Source: an uncultured Aliarcobacter sp.
Lineage (GTDB): Bacteria; Campylobacterota; Campylobacteria; Campylobacterales; Arcobacteraceae
Assembly (NCBI GenBank): GCA_963664305.2
Contig: CAXXLV010000002.1
Location: forward strand, 32,001-96,000
Reading direction: 5' to 3'
Length of the DNA stretch: 64,000 nt
How positions within the stretch are numbered: the stretch's first letter is position 1; each line of letters begins with the position of its first letter. A model generated the notes under the pieces. That model saw nothing but the letters and a program-made list of their open reading frames with translations, had not been told where the DNA came from and did not search any database. Shown piece after piece: positions 54,472 through 63,167 of this stretch. Both the position numbers and the translations under genes were made by a program.

Positions 54472-57004
54472 TAGTATTTCCTTCAGGTAAGTTGTCTTGT
54501 ATTATTTCTTTCACTATTTCCTTTGGTTCAGTATTTAAAATTGTTTTAGTAACCTCAGGTATCAAAAGAATTTTTGTTTTATCAATAATTTGATTATCAA
54601 TTTTTTCTACTCTATTATTAAGTTTATTTTGCAAAGTAGGGCTTGTTGCTTTATCTAATTGATTTTGTACTGTATTCCTAGCTTTAACTCGGTCAATAAC
54701 ATTATTTACATTAGTTGATGTTTTTGTACCTGTTGAACCAATTCCCACAGATACAGCGGTTTGAGTCCAATCAATATTATCTACAATTTTTTTAATAGCC
54801 TCCGCTGGATTAGCTAGTAATTCTTGTCTTATTTGTTCATTATTAACCAATTGTGTAACAGTTTGGTTAAGTAAATCAGAACTAGCCGTAAATCCTGCAT
54901 TTTTAAGTGATAATTCCATACTCTTTTTAGTAATAGCTTCAGCAATATTTTTTACTACTTCTCTTCCACCTAAAGCAAGTTCACTAGCTTTTAAAGATAA
55001 TATCATATTATCCACTAACTTATTTGCGTCATCAACTTGTTGTTTTTGAGAAACATATATATTATCAAATTCTTCTTGACTTAATCCTCTTAAAGTACCA
55101 TCATTTATTACTTGTTTTAAAATTTCACTTTCTGTATTTCCTGTTTCTATCAATGCTTTTATTCTATCTTTTGCATTATCTGATTGTAAATCTTTTGTTC
55201 TATCCATATCTTGAAGCGTCCAGTAACTTTCGTCATCAATTCTTCCTTCACCACTATTTACCTTACTTGCATCTTGAAGATACAAACTTGTATTTGCTTT
55301 TAATGTATTTAAATCTTGATTTGTTACAACAATTTTATTCAATATAGGATTACTATTTAATTGAACATTATTATACACGTAAGAAGAAAAATCTAATCCA
55401 CTTGCTGAGTAATTACCAAATATATTCGCATATTCTTCTTGTAATTGTGTTGTATCTCTTAAGTAAGTTTCTCCTTGATTTTGTCTTACATGAGCTACTT
55501 CATGTCCTAGAGTGTTTGCAGAACTTAAAGCATTTTGATTTAAAATCTTATCTAAATATATATTTGAACTAGTACTATCTGCATTTGTATACGTTGAACC
55601 ATATTTTCCTAATAAAGCAACTTTTGCTGTTTCAATATTTATTCCATAAATATCTGCATAAATTTGAGCATAATCATTTACTGCATTGTCTATTTGTTCT
55701 TGAGAATAATTTTGTTGATTTTCCAAGATATTTATTGTTTGTCCATTATCTTTTAATGCTAGTGCTTTTTGTACATCTAAATCTTTTTGTACATCACCTA
55801 TATGATCAAATGTATCAGTAATTTTAAATGCATCAGAGGTTGCAACATCACCTATAGCTTGACCTAATCTTTTTGTTCTTTCTAAATCTTCTTTTATTTG
55901 CTTTCTACCATCTTCAGTTAAAAGTCTAGTATCTAATGTTGCATCTACTTTCGTTCCTGTTGAGCTTGAGTATAAATCTTTATTTATATTTTGTGTATCT
56001 GTATTTAATTTTGTTAAATCATCACTATTCTCTTTATCTTTTATAGTTATATTCCCTTGACCTAATGTTGCTAATGTTTTACTTACATTTACATCTAATC
56101 CTGTTGATGAGTTATATCCTACTGAAGATATTCCACCTTGTTGTGGTTCTTCTTTTTGATTTACTATTTTTGTACTACTTAAATTATAATTTAGATTTAA
56201 ACCTAAACTTTGATTTGAAGAGAAAGAAGAGTTTGACAAGTTTGAAAAAGTTAAAGTATTTGTTGATAAATTTAGATTTTTATTATCTACAAAGTTTTCA
56301 TTCTCATTATAATTTCCACTTGCTAACAAAGAACCTTTTAGATTAGTATTTTCACCAACATTTACATTTAGATTATTTGCAGTAACTGAACTCAACACTG
56401 TTTGTTTTGTTTGTGTTACTCCATTATTTACACTAAATCCTCCATTTACAGAACTTACTTTTCCTACATCTAAACTTGGTGTTCTATTTGCTGCTGCTCC
56501 TGCACTTCCAAATCCTAGTCCTGCATTTACATTAAATCCTTTTGAATTTGAAGAATATTCATCTCTTAGGGATTCTATATTTAAATTATTTCCTACATTT
56601 AAATTTAATGTATCATTTGCTCTTACATTTGCACCTACAAAGTTTGCATCATTTGAAACATTTATATTCATATTATTTGCTAATAATTGTGAGTTGTTAT
56701 TTATTATAGTATCACTTGAAGAATTACTTTTTCCATAACCCAACCCAGCGGTTCCACCACCACCTCCATACATTGTAAATGCTATACTTCCATTTATATT
56801 TTCACTATCATTTGTATTTGAGTAATTATCTTGACTTGCTTTTACATTTAAGTTATTTGTATTTATATATAAATTCTCATCTGCAACAACATTTGAACCT
56901 ACTATATTTGTATTTGTACTTAATTTTTCATCTGTATTTATATAAATATTTTTTGCATTTAGGTTTGACAATAGATTTTTATTTACTATTAGGTTTACAC
57001 TCAA
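54461..57004 (-). CDS. Orphan hemagglutinin-repeat toxin module 1 (CdiA/TpsA-like C-terminal part)
   Basis: Asn/Gly/Ser-rich hemagglutinin-type repeats, GHEVAH, GRIDD, variable tip; no N-terminal TPS domain. Confidence 0.78.
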   Translation of the reverse strand: MSVNLIVNKNLLSNLNAKNIYINTDEKLSTNTNIVGSNVVADENLYINTNNLNVKASQDNYSNTNDSENINGSIAFTMYGGGGGTAGLGYGKSNSSSDTIINNNSQLLANNMNINVSNDANFVGANVRANDTLNLNVGNNLNIESLRDEYSSNSKGFNVNAGLGFGSAGAAANRTPSLDVGKVSSVNGGFSVNNGVTQTKQTVLSSVTANNLNVNVGENTNLKGSLLASGNYNENENFVDNKNLNLSTNTLTFSNLSNSSFSSNQSLGLNLNYNLSSTKIVNQKEEPQQGGISSVGYNSSTGLDVNVSKTLATLGQGNITIKDKENSDDLTKLNTDTQNINKDLYSSSTGTKVDATLDTRLLTEDGRKQIKEDLERTKRLGQAIGDVATSDAFKITDTFDHIGDVQKDLDVQKALALKDNGQTINILENQQNYSQEQIDNAVNDYAQIYADIYGINIETAKVALLGKYGSTYTNADSTSSNIYLDKILNQNALSSANTLGHEVAHVRQNQGETYLRDTTQLQEEYANIFGNYSASGLDFSSYVYNNVQLNSNPILNKIVVTNQDLNTLKANTSLYLQDASKVNSGEGRIDDESYWTLQDMDRTKDLQSDNAKDRIKALIETGNTESEILKQVINDGTLRGLSQEEFDNIYVSQKQQVDDANKLVDNMILSLKASELALGGREVVKNIAEAITKKSMELSLKNAGFTASSDLLNQTVTQLVNNEQIRQELLANPAEAIKKIVDNIDWTQTAVSVGIGSTGTKTSTNVNNVIDRVKARNTVQNQLDKATSPTLQNKLNNRVEKIDNQIIDKTKILLIPEVTKTILNTEPKEIVKEIIQDNLPEGNTNEN
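55919..56865 (-). repeat. About 0.95 kb near-identical direct repeat (other copies about 53222..53959, 49032..49976, partial 46025..46101)
   Basis: Near-identical translated blocks; identical antisense 93-aa ORFs at 49178, 53369 and 56065. Confidence 0.92.
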
Positions 57005-57033
57005 TTTTTACCTCTACTTCTTGCTTTCATATG

Positions 57034-57059
57034 CGTTCCCAACGGGGACGTTGGGAACG
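57034..57059. repeat. REP-like GC-rich hairpin
   Basis: CGTTCCCAACG-GGGA-CGTTGGGAACG, perfect 11-bp stem. Confidence 0.7.
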
Positions 57060-57061
57060 AA

Positions 57062-57222
57062 AAAAAGTTTCCATTCTCATCATAGTTTCCACTTGCTATT
57101 ACTGAGCCTTTTAGGTGTGTATTATTTTCTACATTTACATTTATATCTTAGGCTTTGATATTTGCACCTTCTATTTTTCCATCATTAGATATATTTAGGT
57201 TTAATTTTTCTGATTGAACCAT
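57062..57222 (-). pseudogene. Degenerate hemagglutinin-repeat fragment
   Basis: MVQSEKLNLNISNDGKIEGANIKA*DINVNVENNTHLKGSVIASGNYDENGNF, similar to the repeat block. Confidence 0.6.
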
Positions 57223-57244
57223 ATAGACCTATATTCCTTTTGTA

Positions 57245-57436
57245 TTATCTATGTTTTTCATAAAGTTCCGAAAGTGGTATTTGTTTTGTAGGTGAAGAAG
57301 AATCATAATAATACCCTTTTTGAGGAGTGAAATTTTCATTACCACAACCAATAATACAAGAATAATATTGTGGTTCAGATTCAACACAACCACTAAATAT
57401 TATTACTGTTAATAAAATTAATATTAAATTTTTCAT
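57245..57436 (-). CDS. Small lipoprotein
   Basis: Signal peptide with FSGC lipobox. Confidence 0.55.
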   Translation of the reverse strand: MKNLILILLTVIIFSGCVESEPQYYSCIIGCGNENFTPQKGYYYDSSSPTKQIPLSELYEKHR

Positions 57437-57445
57437 ATTTTAAAT

Positions 57446-58147
57446 TTATTCATCCCAACCATCTTTTATATACAAACTATCAAGCATTCTTTTTGCTCTT
57501 TCTTGCAAGTCTTCATAAGTATAATCTTTTATTAAATCTAATGTCTCTTTGGGATAATCTATAGATTTGCTGTAAGTGAAAGTAATTACAACACCTTTAG
57601 CCATTGCTCTTTTTTTATTAAACTTATGACAATCATAAGTTTTAGATATTTCATTTTTTCTATTATCTTTTGTTTCTTTTACAATACAAATATAATTTTC
57701 TTTACCTTGTGTTTCATAATGAACATTAATATTTCCTTCTATATCATATTTTTTATTTATTCTATTTTTCATATTAGCTTTAAGATATGATTCATCTTTA
57801 TACTCTACTGCTCTCTCTTTATATTTATAAATAAATGTTGATACATAAATATGATATAAAATACCATGATTATCTAGATATACTCCCATATTTTTATTAT
57901 AAGAAGTTACACCTTCCCAACCATTCATTAAAGTAAAATCTTCCTCTTTTGCACTTGGCAAAGCAATAGTATAATCTGGCATATCAAACACATAATCTCT
58001 CATTGTCTCTACATTTGCTATTTTAAAATTACTTGGTGGTTTATTTCCACTTGAAGCTACAAATAGATTTTCTACAGTATTCTCTAAACTTTTTGGTGAA
58101 CATCCATTTAAGATAAAAACTATCATAAATAAAAAAATATATTTCAT
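57446..58147 (-). CDS. Lipoprotein, putative periplasmic immunity protein
   Basis: LNGC lipobox; tandem paralogue of 58147..58823; C-terminus DLQERAKRMLDSLYIKDGWDE. Confidence 0.65.
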   Translation of the reverse strand: MKYIFLFMIVFILNGCSPKSLENTVENLFVASSGNKPPSNFKIANVETMRDYVFDMPDYTIALPSAKEEDFTLMNGWEGVTSYNKNMGVYLDNHGILYHIYVSTFIYKYKERAVEYKDESYLKANMKNRINKKYDIEGNINVHYETQGKENYICIVKETKDNRKNEISKTYDCHKFNKKRAMAKGVVITFTYSKSIDYPKETLDLIKDYTYEDLQERAKRMLDSLYIKDGWDE

Positions 58148-58823
58148 TATTCATCCCAACCATCTTTTATATACAAACTATCAAGCATTCTTTTTGCTCT
58201 TTCTTGCAAGTCTTCGTAAGTATATTCTTTTGCTATATTTGGATTATTTGATCTATTATATGTTAAATTAATCCCAACAATTTTTGCCTTTGTTCGTGTA
58301 GTGTTAAACGTATAACATCCAAATGAAATTTTTTCCTTATTTTGATAAATATCTCTATTTGTTACTCCTTCCTTAACCTCACAAATATAATTTTCTTTGC
58401 CATGTCTTTGCAGTGATATATTCTTATTTGGGTAATATTTATGATAACGATTGTTTAAATATACTAAGTCTTCATTTTCAACAGCCCTCTCTCTTCATAT
58501 TTATAAATAGATGATGTTACATGTATATGATAAACAATGGAATCTTTTAAGCCTAATACGATGGTCTTTCCATCTCTCATACTCATACCATCCCATCCTC
58601 CCATCTTTGTAAAATCAGATTCCTTTGCCAATGGCAAAGAAAAAGAGAAATCTTTTGTATTAAAAACATAATCTTTCATAGTTTGAAGATTAGCTACTCT
58701 AAAAGATTGAGGAGGTTCATTACCACTTAATGAAATCATCATGTTTTCTACAGTATTATCTAAATTTTTTGGAGAGCAACCATTAAAAGTAAAAACTAGT
58801 ATAAATAAAATTATATATCTCAT
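58147..58823 (-). pseudogene. Paralogous lipoprotein with a frameshift
   Basis: FNGC lipobox; 3' ~70 nt identical to 57446..57515; frame broken in an (AG)n run near 58486-58494. Confidence 0.75.
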
Positions 58824-58955
58824 CTTTACTCTTTTGTCGTATCTAAAACAGTTTGTTTATTTTGCTGTGTAGATTCAGGTAATAAATTCATATTGATAGT
58901 TATTTGACCTTTTTCATTAGTGAAATTATTTTTATAATACTCAATTCTTGAATGT

Positions 58956-59008
58956 TGTCAAACGAAGTGTAAAAATAGGCAATTAAATTTTTAAAAAAGT
59001 TACCTTCT
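58956..59008 (-). repeat. 53-bp IS-end-like repeat beginning TGTCAAACGAAGTG
   Basis: Inverted partner of 47132..47184. Confidence 0.75.
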
Positions 59009-59013
59009 GAAAC

Positions 59014-59274
59014 TTAAACCACCTCAGTTTTTTCTACCATTTTGATTGAAGATTTTGCTCCAAATTTATAAATATCTGAATTTAAGATTCCCTGATTTTT
59101 TATATCTTTACTAACTTCAATAAGTTTCATTTCATAAACTTTATTTTCTTCTATTCTTTCATTTTTCTTTTGCTCTTCAAAATCTTTAATATTTTTATTT
59201 ATAACATTTGTTGCTATATCTGCATATGAAAAATTTAAAATAGTAAGTAACAATAATAAATATTTCTTTTTCAT
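59014..59274 (-). pseudogene. Probable truncated N-terminus of a TpsB (ShlB/FhaC/CdiB) transporter
   Basis: Signal peptide and a charged helix at the head of the toxin array, then truncation. Assignment is mostly positional. Confidence 0.35.
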
Positions 59275-59590
59275 TATTTCTCTTGTTTTACTTTAGATGA
59301 AATTGTAAAGAAAAGTCGTCACATATCGTGTCACAATTATTATTTTTTTATAAAATAATTAAATTTGATTTTAAATCATTAGTTTATTATTAAAAATATC
59401 TTAATTTTACTATACAAGCTTTTAGAATAAGTAAGTATCAAATGAGACCTAAATAAAAGAAAGATCATTATTAATCTTATGCATTTTTCAATCTATTATA
59501 AATATATACGAAAATTTCTTATACATTTTTCATTTATTAAACGAAAAACTTGTTTTTTTATTATCGCATAAAATATTGATTTTTTAGAAT

Positions 59591-59690
59591 ATTAAATATT
59601 TATAGTACCGAAAAACAGATGTTTTAAATAATTTCTTTTATGAATGATAAAATAAGAGTAAATTTAATACATTTAAATATTTGAAATAGC
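59591..59690 (+). repeat. 100-bp imperfect inverted repeat, partner 62619..62718
   Basis: Shared core GAAAAACAGATGTT..AAATAATTTCTTTTATGAATGATAAAA. Confidence 0.8.
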
Positions 59691-59699
59691 GTATTTATT

Positions 59700-60134
59700 T
59701 TAATTTTCTTCAACAATTATACAATTTGTTTTATAGTAATTCATATCTTCAATTAAAATATCAAATATATCATAAATATTTTTCATTCTTATATTTACAT
59801 AAAAATTTGATAAATTATCTGCATTATGGTTTAAATTTGGTTTGTTATTTGGTACATTACATATATTTTCTTCAAAGCTCCATATCGCATCTTTTATAGA
59901 CAACTTTGAAAGCTCATTTTTTATAGTTTTTAACTCATTTTTAAATTTTTCTAAATCTTCAAACTTTACACCATTTTTTTCATCATAATACAAATTATTC
60001 ATTACTATTGGAAATCTACTCCCCCATTTACTATTTTCCAATCTATAACAGATAGTTGAAAACCAAGAATATAATGTTTCAGAATAACCAAATTCCATCC
60101 AATCCGAATATATTTTAAACCCTACATTTTTCAT
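59700..60134 (-). CDS. Imm70 family immunity protein
   Basis: VGFK...LYSWFSTICYRLENSKWGSRFPIVMNNLY matches the Imm70 pattern as I recall it. Confidence 0.75.
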   Translation of the reverse strand: MKNVGFKIYSDWMEFGYSETLYSWFSTICYRLENSKWGSRFPIVMNNLYYDEKNGVKFEDLEKFKNELKTIKNELSKLSIKDAIWSFEENICNVPNNKPNLNHNADNLSNFYVNIRMKNIYDIFDILIEDMNYYKTNCIIVEEN

Positions 60135-60367
60135 TTATTTATCCTAATATTTGTCATACGAACAACATATTTTATTTGACAAAGCTCCAAAATAAAATAT
60201 TTTCTTATAATTTTGATGCCAATTTTTAAACTTCGTTTAACAACTGTATTTAAAATATCTGCTGTAGAACAAAACTTATCAATATAATTAGAAATCTCTA
60301 TATATTTATCATACTCTTCTTTACTACAAAAAGCTTTTGTACCAATTTGATATTCTTGTGTATCCAT
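60131..60367 (-). CDS. Small hypothetical protein or toxin remnant
   Basis: 78-aa ORF coupled to Imm70. Confidence 0.35.
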   Translation of the reverse strand: MDTQEYQIGTKAFCSKEEYDKYIEISNYIDKFCSTADILNTVVKRSLKIGIKIIRKYFILELCQIKYVVRMTNIRINK

Positions 60368-60370
60368 GTT

Positions 60371-61405
60371 TTAGTCTTTTAATTTATTTTTAAAATTATT
60401 TAACTCTTCTTCATATCTCTGTTTTATTTTTGGATGAAAATACTCTAATATTTCTTTTGGTTCTTTTTCTAAATTTTTGCATTCTTGTAACATTAAAGTT
60501 AATTGATAAAGCCAAATACTCTTTTCAAATACATTTACTATATAATCATCTAGCATTTGTTTTTCTTTTGTTTTTAAGTTTTTTAGTTCTTTTATTTTTG
60601 TTAGTAATAATTTATATTTTTCATCATTACAATATATTTGTCTTTTTTGAAGATATTCTTTATATGTAATAAATTTTAAAAAAAATAAAATTTCGTCATG
60701 AAGTGCTACAAGATTATTTTTATCTTGTTTATTTGCCAAAGGTAAGTATTTATCTCTAAATTGCTTATAATAAATATATATCTCATTTAAATCTTGTGTA
60801 TACCTATTTGAAACAAAAAATTCTTTGCTTAATAAACCTACTGTTTTATCATATTCATTTACTAAATCACTCATGAATTCAAATTTATAGTTTGTTACTC
60901 TTGGTACATCATAATTAAAATCATTTATTGCTAATCTTTTTATTTTATCAACTATTTCTTCATAATGTTTTTTATATTCTTCTTTTGTTAAAGTTGTTTT
61001 ATATGCCATTGACATATCATAATCATCTGGTATTTCTCCTATTCCATATATCCCTCTATAAAGTATCACATACCAATATACATCTTCTGCTGATGTTTCT
61101 GGAAGCAATGATTTTCCTTTTTCATACTCTTCATTCATCTTAGTTAATAATGGTCTCATCAAAAAATTATCATAATCTACAAAATTATGTATATGTGAAA
61201 TGTAATTTCTATATTCCATTGCTTTTATAAAATGTTCTGTTGCTTGTGGATTTGGAGATTTATCTAAGGGAAATTCATTTTTTGAGATTAAAGTTACATT
61301 TACTACATATTGAAAAGCATAACTAAGAGGAATTGACAATACTAAAATTAACATTACATATCTAAATTTTAATTTTTTAAATAATTCTCTAAACAAAAAA
61401 TTCAC
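60371..61405 (-). CDS. Membrane-anchored helical protein, possible immunity protein
   Basis: N-terminal TM; co-oriented with Imm70. Confidence 0.5.
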   Translation of the reverse strand: MNFLFRELFKKLKFRYVMLILVLSIPLSYAFQYVVNVTLISKNEFPLDKSPNPQATEHFIKAMEYRNYISHIHNFVDYDNFLMRPLLTKMNEEYEKGKSLLPETSAEDVYWYVILYRGIYGIGEIPDDYDMSMAYKTTLTKEEYKKHYEEIVDKIKRLAINDFNYDVPRVTNYKFEFMSDLVNEYDKTVGLLSKEFFVSNRYTQDLNEIYIYYKQFRDKYLPLANKQDKNNLVALHDEILFFLKFITYKEYLQKRQIYCNDEKYKLLLTKIKELKNLKTKEKQMLDDYIVNVFEKSIWLYQLTLMLQECKNLEKEPKEILEYFHPKIKQRYEEELNNFKNKLKD

Positions 61406-61792
61406 TTATTTCCTTTTAATTCAACTATGAATTTAAGATGAAATAATATTATCAAATAAAAAACTCACAAATTACTCTTTTTATAATTCAGAAATTAAAT
61501 TATAATTTTTTATTTAAAATTAATCTTATGTATTTTCAATCATTTATAAATATATACGAAAACTTGATATGATTTATCAACACTAAATAGGACAAAAAAT
61601 AAGTTATCAAAATGCTTGTTTCACAACCTGTAGATTGAGGAAGAAGCTGTTCAAAATTTTATGTTATATTTAGGGGAACCAGAATATTCATATCAGTTAG
61701 TATTTTTTACACTTCCAACAAATTTAAAATCATTTTTTATAAAAAATTTATAATTCATTATCAGTTTAAAGTATCTTTTGTCTTTTTTAGTA

Positions 61793-62356
61793 TTATCTTT
61801 TCCTGGTAATATATTTAGCATGCTGATTAAAAGATTTTAATAATTTTATATCTTTTTGTTTTAGTATATATGGTTTAAGTCTATCAATACCAAAATATTT
61901 AATAAGTAACATTAATCTTTTTTCATCCCAATTAAAAAGTATAATACTGATAAAATTTGGAATCTCATAAACATGACCATTTTCTACACTATAAAATAGT
62001 TCATTACCAAATACTTCTTTATCTAAAATTATTTGTTTTTGTTTTGTTTGTATAATCGGTTTTAGATATATATTCTCATTATTGGCATTTTTATTATTTG
62101 AAGTTCTTTTTTTTTGTTCATTAAATTCAAATCCATCTAAAAATTCTAAAAATTGGTCTTCTTTTTTTAATTTTATTAAAATTTGAACAAAATTCTCAAA
62201 TGAAATTTTTCCTGTTTGTTCAAAACTTTTATAAGTAGCATATTTAATTTCTATAAAATCTGAGAACTCTTCTTGCGTTAAATCTAAAGCAATTCGTTCT
62301 GCTCGTATTTTCTTACTTGCTAATTTTAAAATTTTAAGTGTAGTATTTAAAATCAT
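61793..62356 (-). CDS. XRE-family HTH protein with an extra C-terminal domain
   Basis: IRAERIALDLTQEEFS...TYKSFEQTGKISFENF. Confidence 0.75.
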   Translation of the reverse strand: MILNTTLKILKLASKKIRAERIALDLTQEEFSDFIEIKYATYKSFEQTGKISFENFVQILIKLKKEDQFLEFLDGFEFNEQKKRTSNNKNANNENIYLKPIIQTKQKQIILDKEVFGNELFYSVENGHVYEIPNFISIILFNWDEKRLMLLIKYFGIDRLKPYILKQKDIKLLKSFNQHAKYITRKR

Positions 62357-62618
62357 ATTTAAAACCTTATTTTTTTATTATAATTGCTATTACTATGTCA
62401 ATTATATATTAAATATATTATTTTATTTATTTAATTGATATTATTTTATCAATTATAATTAATTCATAAGTTAAATATTTTATTTCCATTAATAATATGT
62501 ATATATTTATATATTTAAGTATTATCATTTTAATAATTGGGCTACACTAAATTATACTCAGAAATAAATATTTCTCTTAAATGAACTATATAATTGGTAA
62601 AAATTAATAAAAAGATAT

Positions 62619-62718
62619 GCTATCTCAAATATTTAAATATATGAGAATTACTTTTCTTTTATCATTCATAAAAGAAATTATTTTTAACATCTGTTTTTCA
62701 GCACTGTAAATATTTAAT
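62619..62718 (-). repeat. 100-bp imperfect inverted repeat, partner 59591..59690
   Basis: Core also matches 2113..2138 near ssrA. Confidence 0.8.
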
Positions 62719-63038
62719 CTGATTACATTAAGTAGGACATAAAAAAATGATGGACAAATTGGTACAAATATGAGTTTAATATACGAAAGTTTAATAAACT
62801 GTTCTTTTGGGAGAATGTTCAAAAATTCAACTCTTTTTGAGAAAAACTTTTTGTTAGCAAAAATTGCTCAAAAAGTAAGAATTTAGGGAAGAAACTGCTC
62901 AGAGTTTTATATACTGGTTAACGTTGACAGATCAGGTTTTGTAATAATGATCAAATTAATTGGAATATATTTCAAATATTATTTGACAATATTGTTTTTT
63001 TTTGTTAGGATAAATGAACCTTAAATTATCGTAGTTTT

Positions 63039-63159
63039 AAAATGTACATTTTATATTAATAATTTGCACATTTTTAGATAAATTAATGTACATTTATAAA
63101 AATTTTTAAATTTGATTTTATCGGGTTTATGAAATGTACATTTTATTTAACTAATAGGT
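63039..63159. repeat. Right end of the island: three AATGTACATT palindromes plus terminal inverted repeat
   Basis: Boxes at 63041, 63085 and 63133; TATTTAACTAATAGGT at 63144..63159. Confidence 0.78.
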
Positions 63160-63167
63160 AATGTCTT

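Larger units (their letters stand above)
36844..63167 (+). mobile_element. 26.3 kb integrative element (GInt-like, three tyrosine-recombinase-fold genes plus a small gene) inserted in an FAH gene
   Basis: Flanked by the two in-frame-joinable halves of one gene; terminal imperfect inverted repeats; recombinase module at the left end. Confidence 0.88.

Noticed and set aside
49178..56346. Three identical 93-aa plus-strand ORFs
   Set aside because: Antisense shadows of the repeated hemagglutinin block.
46025..57004. CRISPR array or diversity-generating retroelement
   Set aside because: Repeats are long and coding, with no short repeat-spacer periodicity, no cas or reverse transcriptase gene and no adenine-specific variation noticed.
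62625..62822. 65-aa ORF
   Set aside because: Overlaps the non-coding 100-bp repeat; no recognisable protein features.
36844..63167. Prophage or conjugative element
   Set aside because: No structural, packaging, relaxase or type IV secretion genes recognised.
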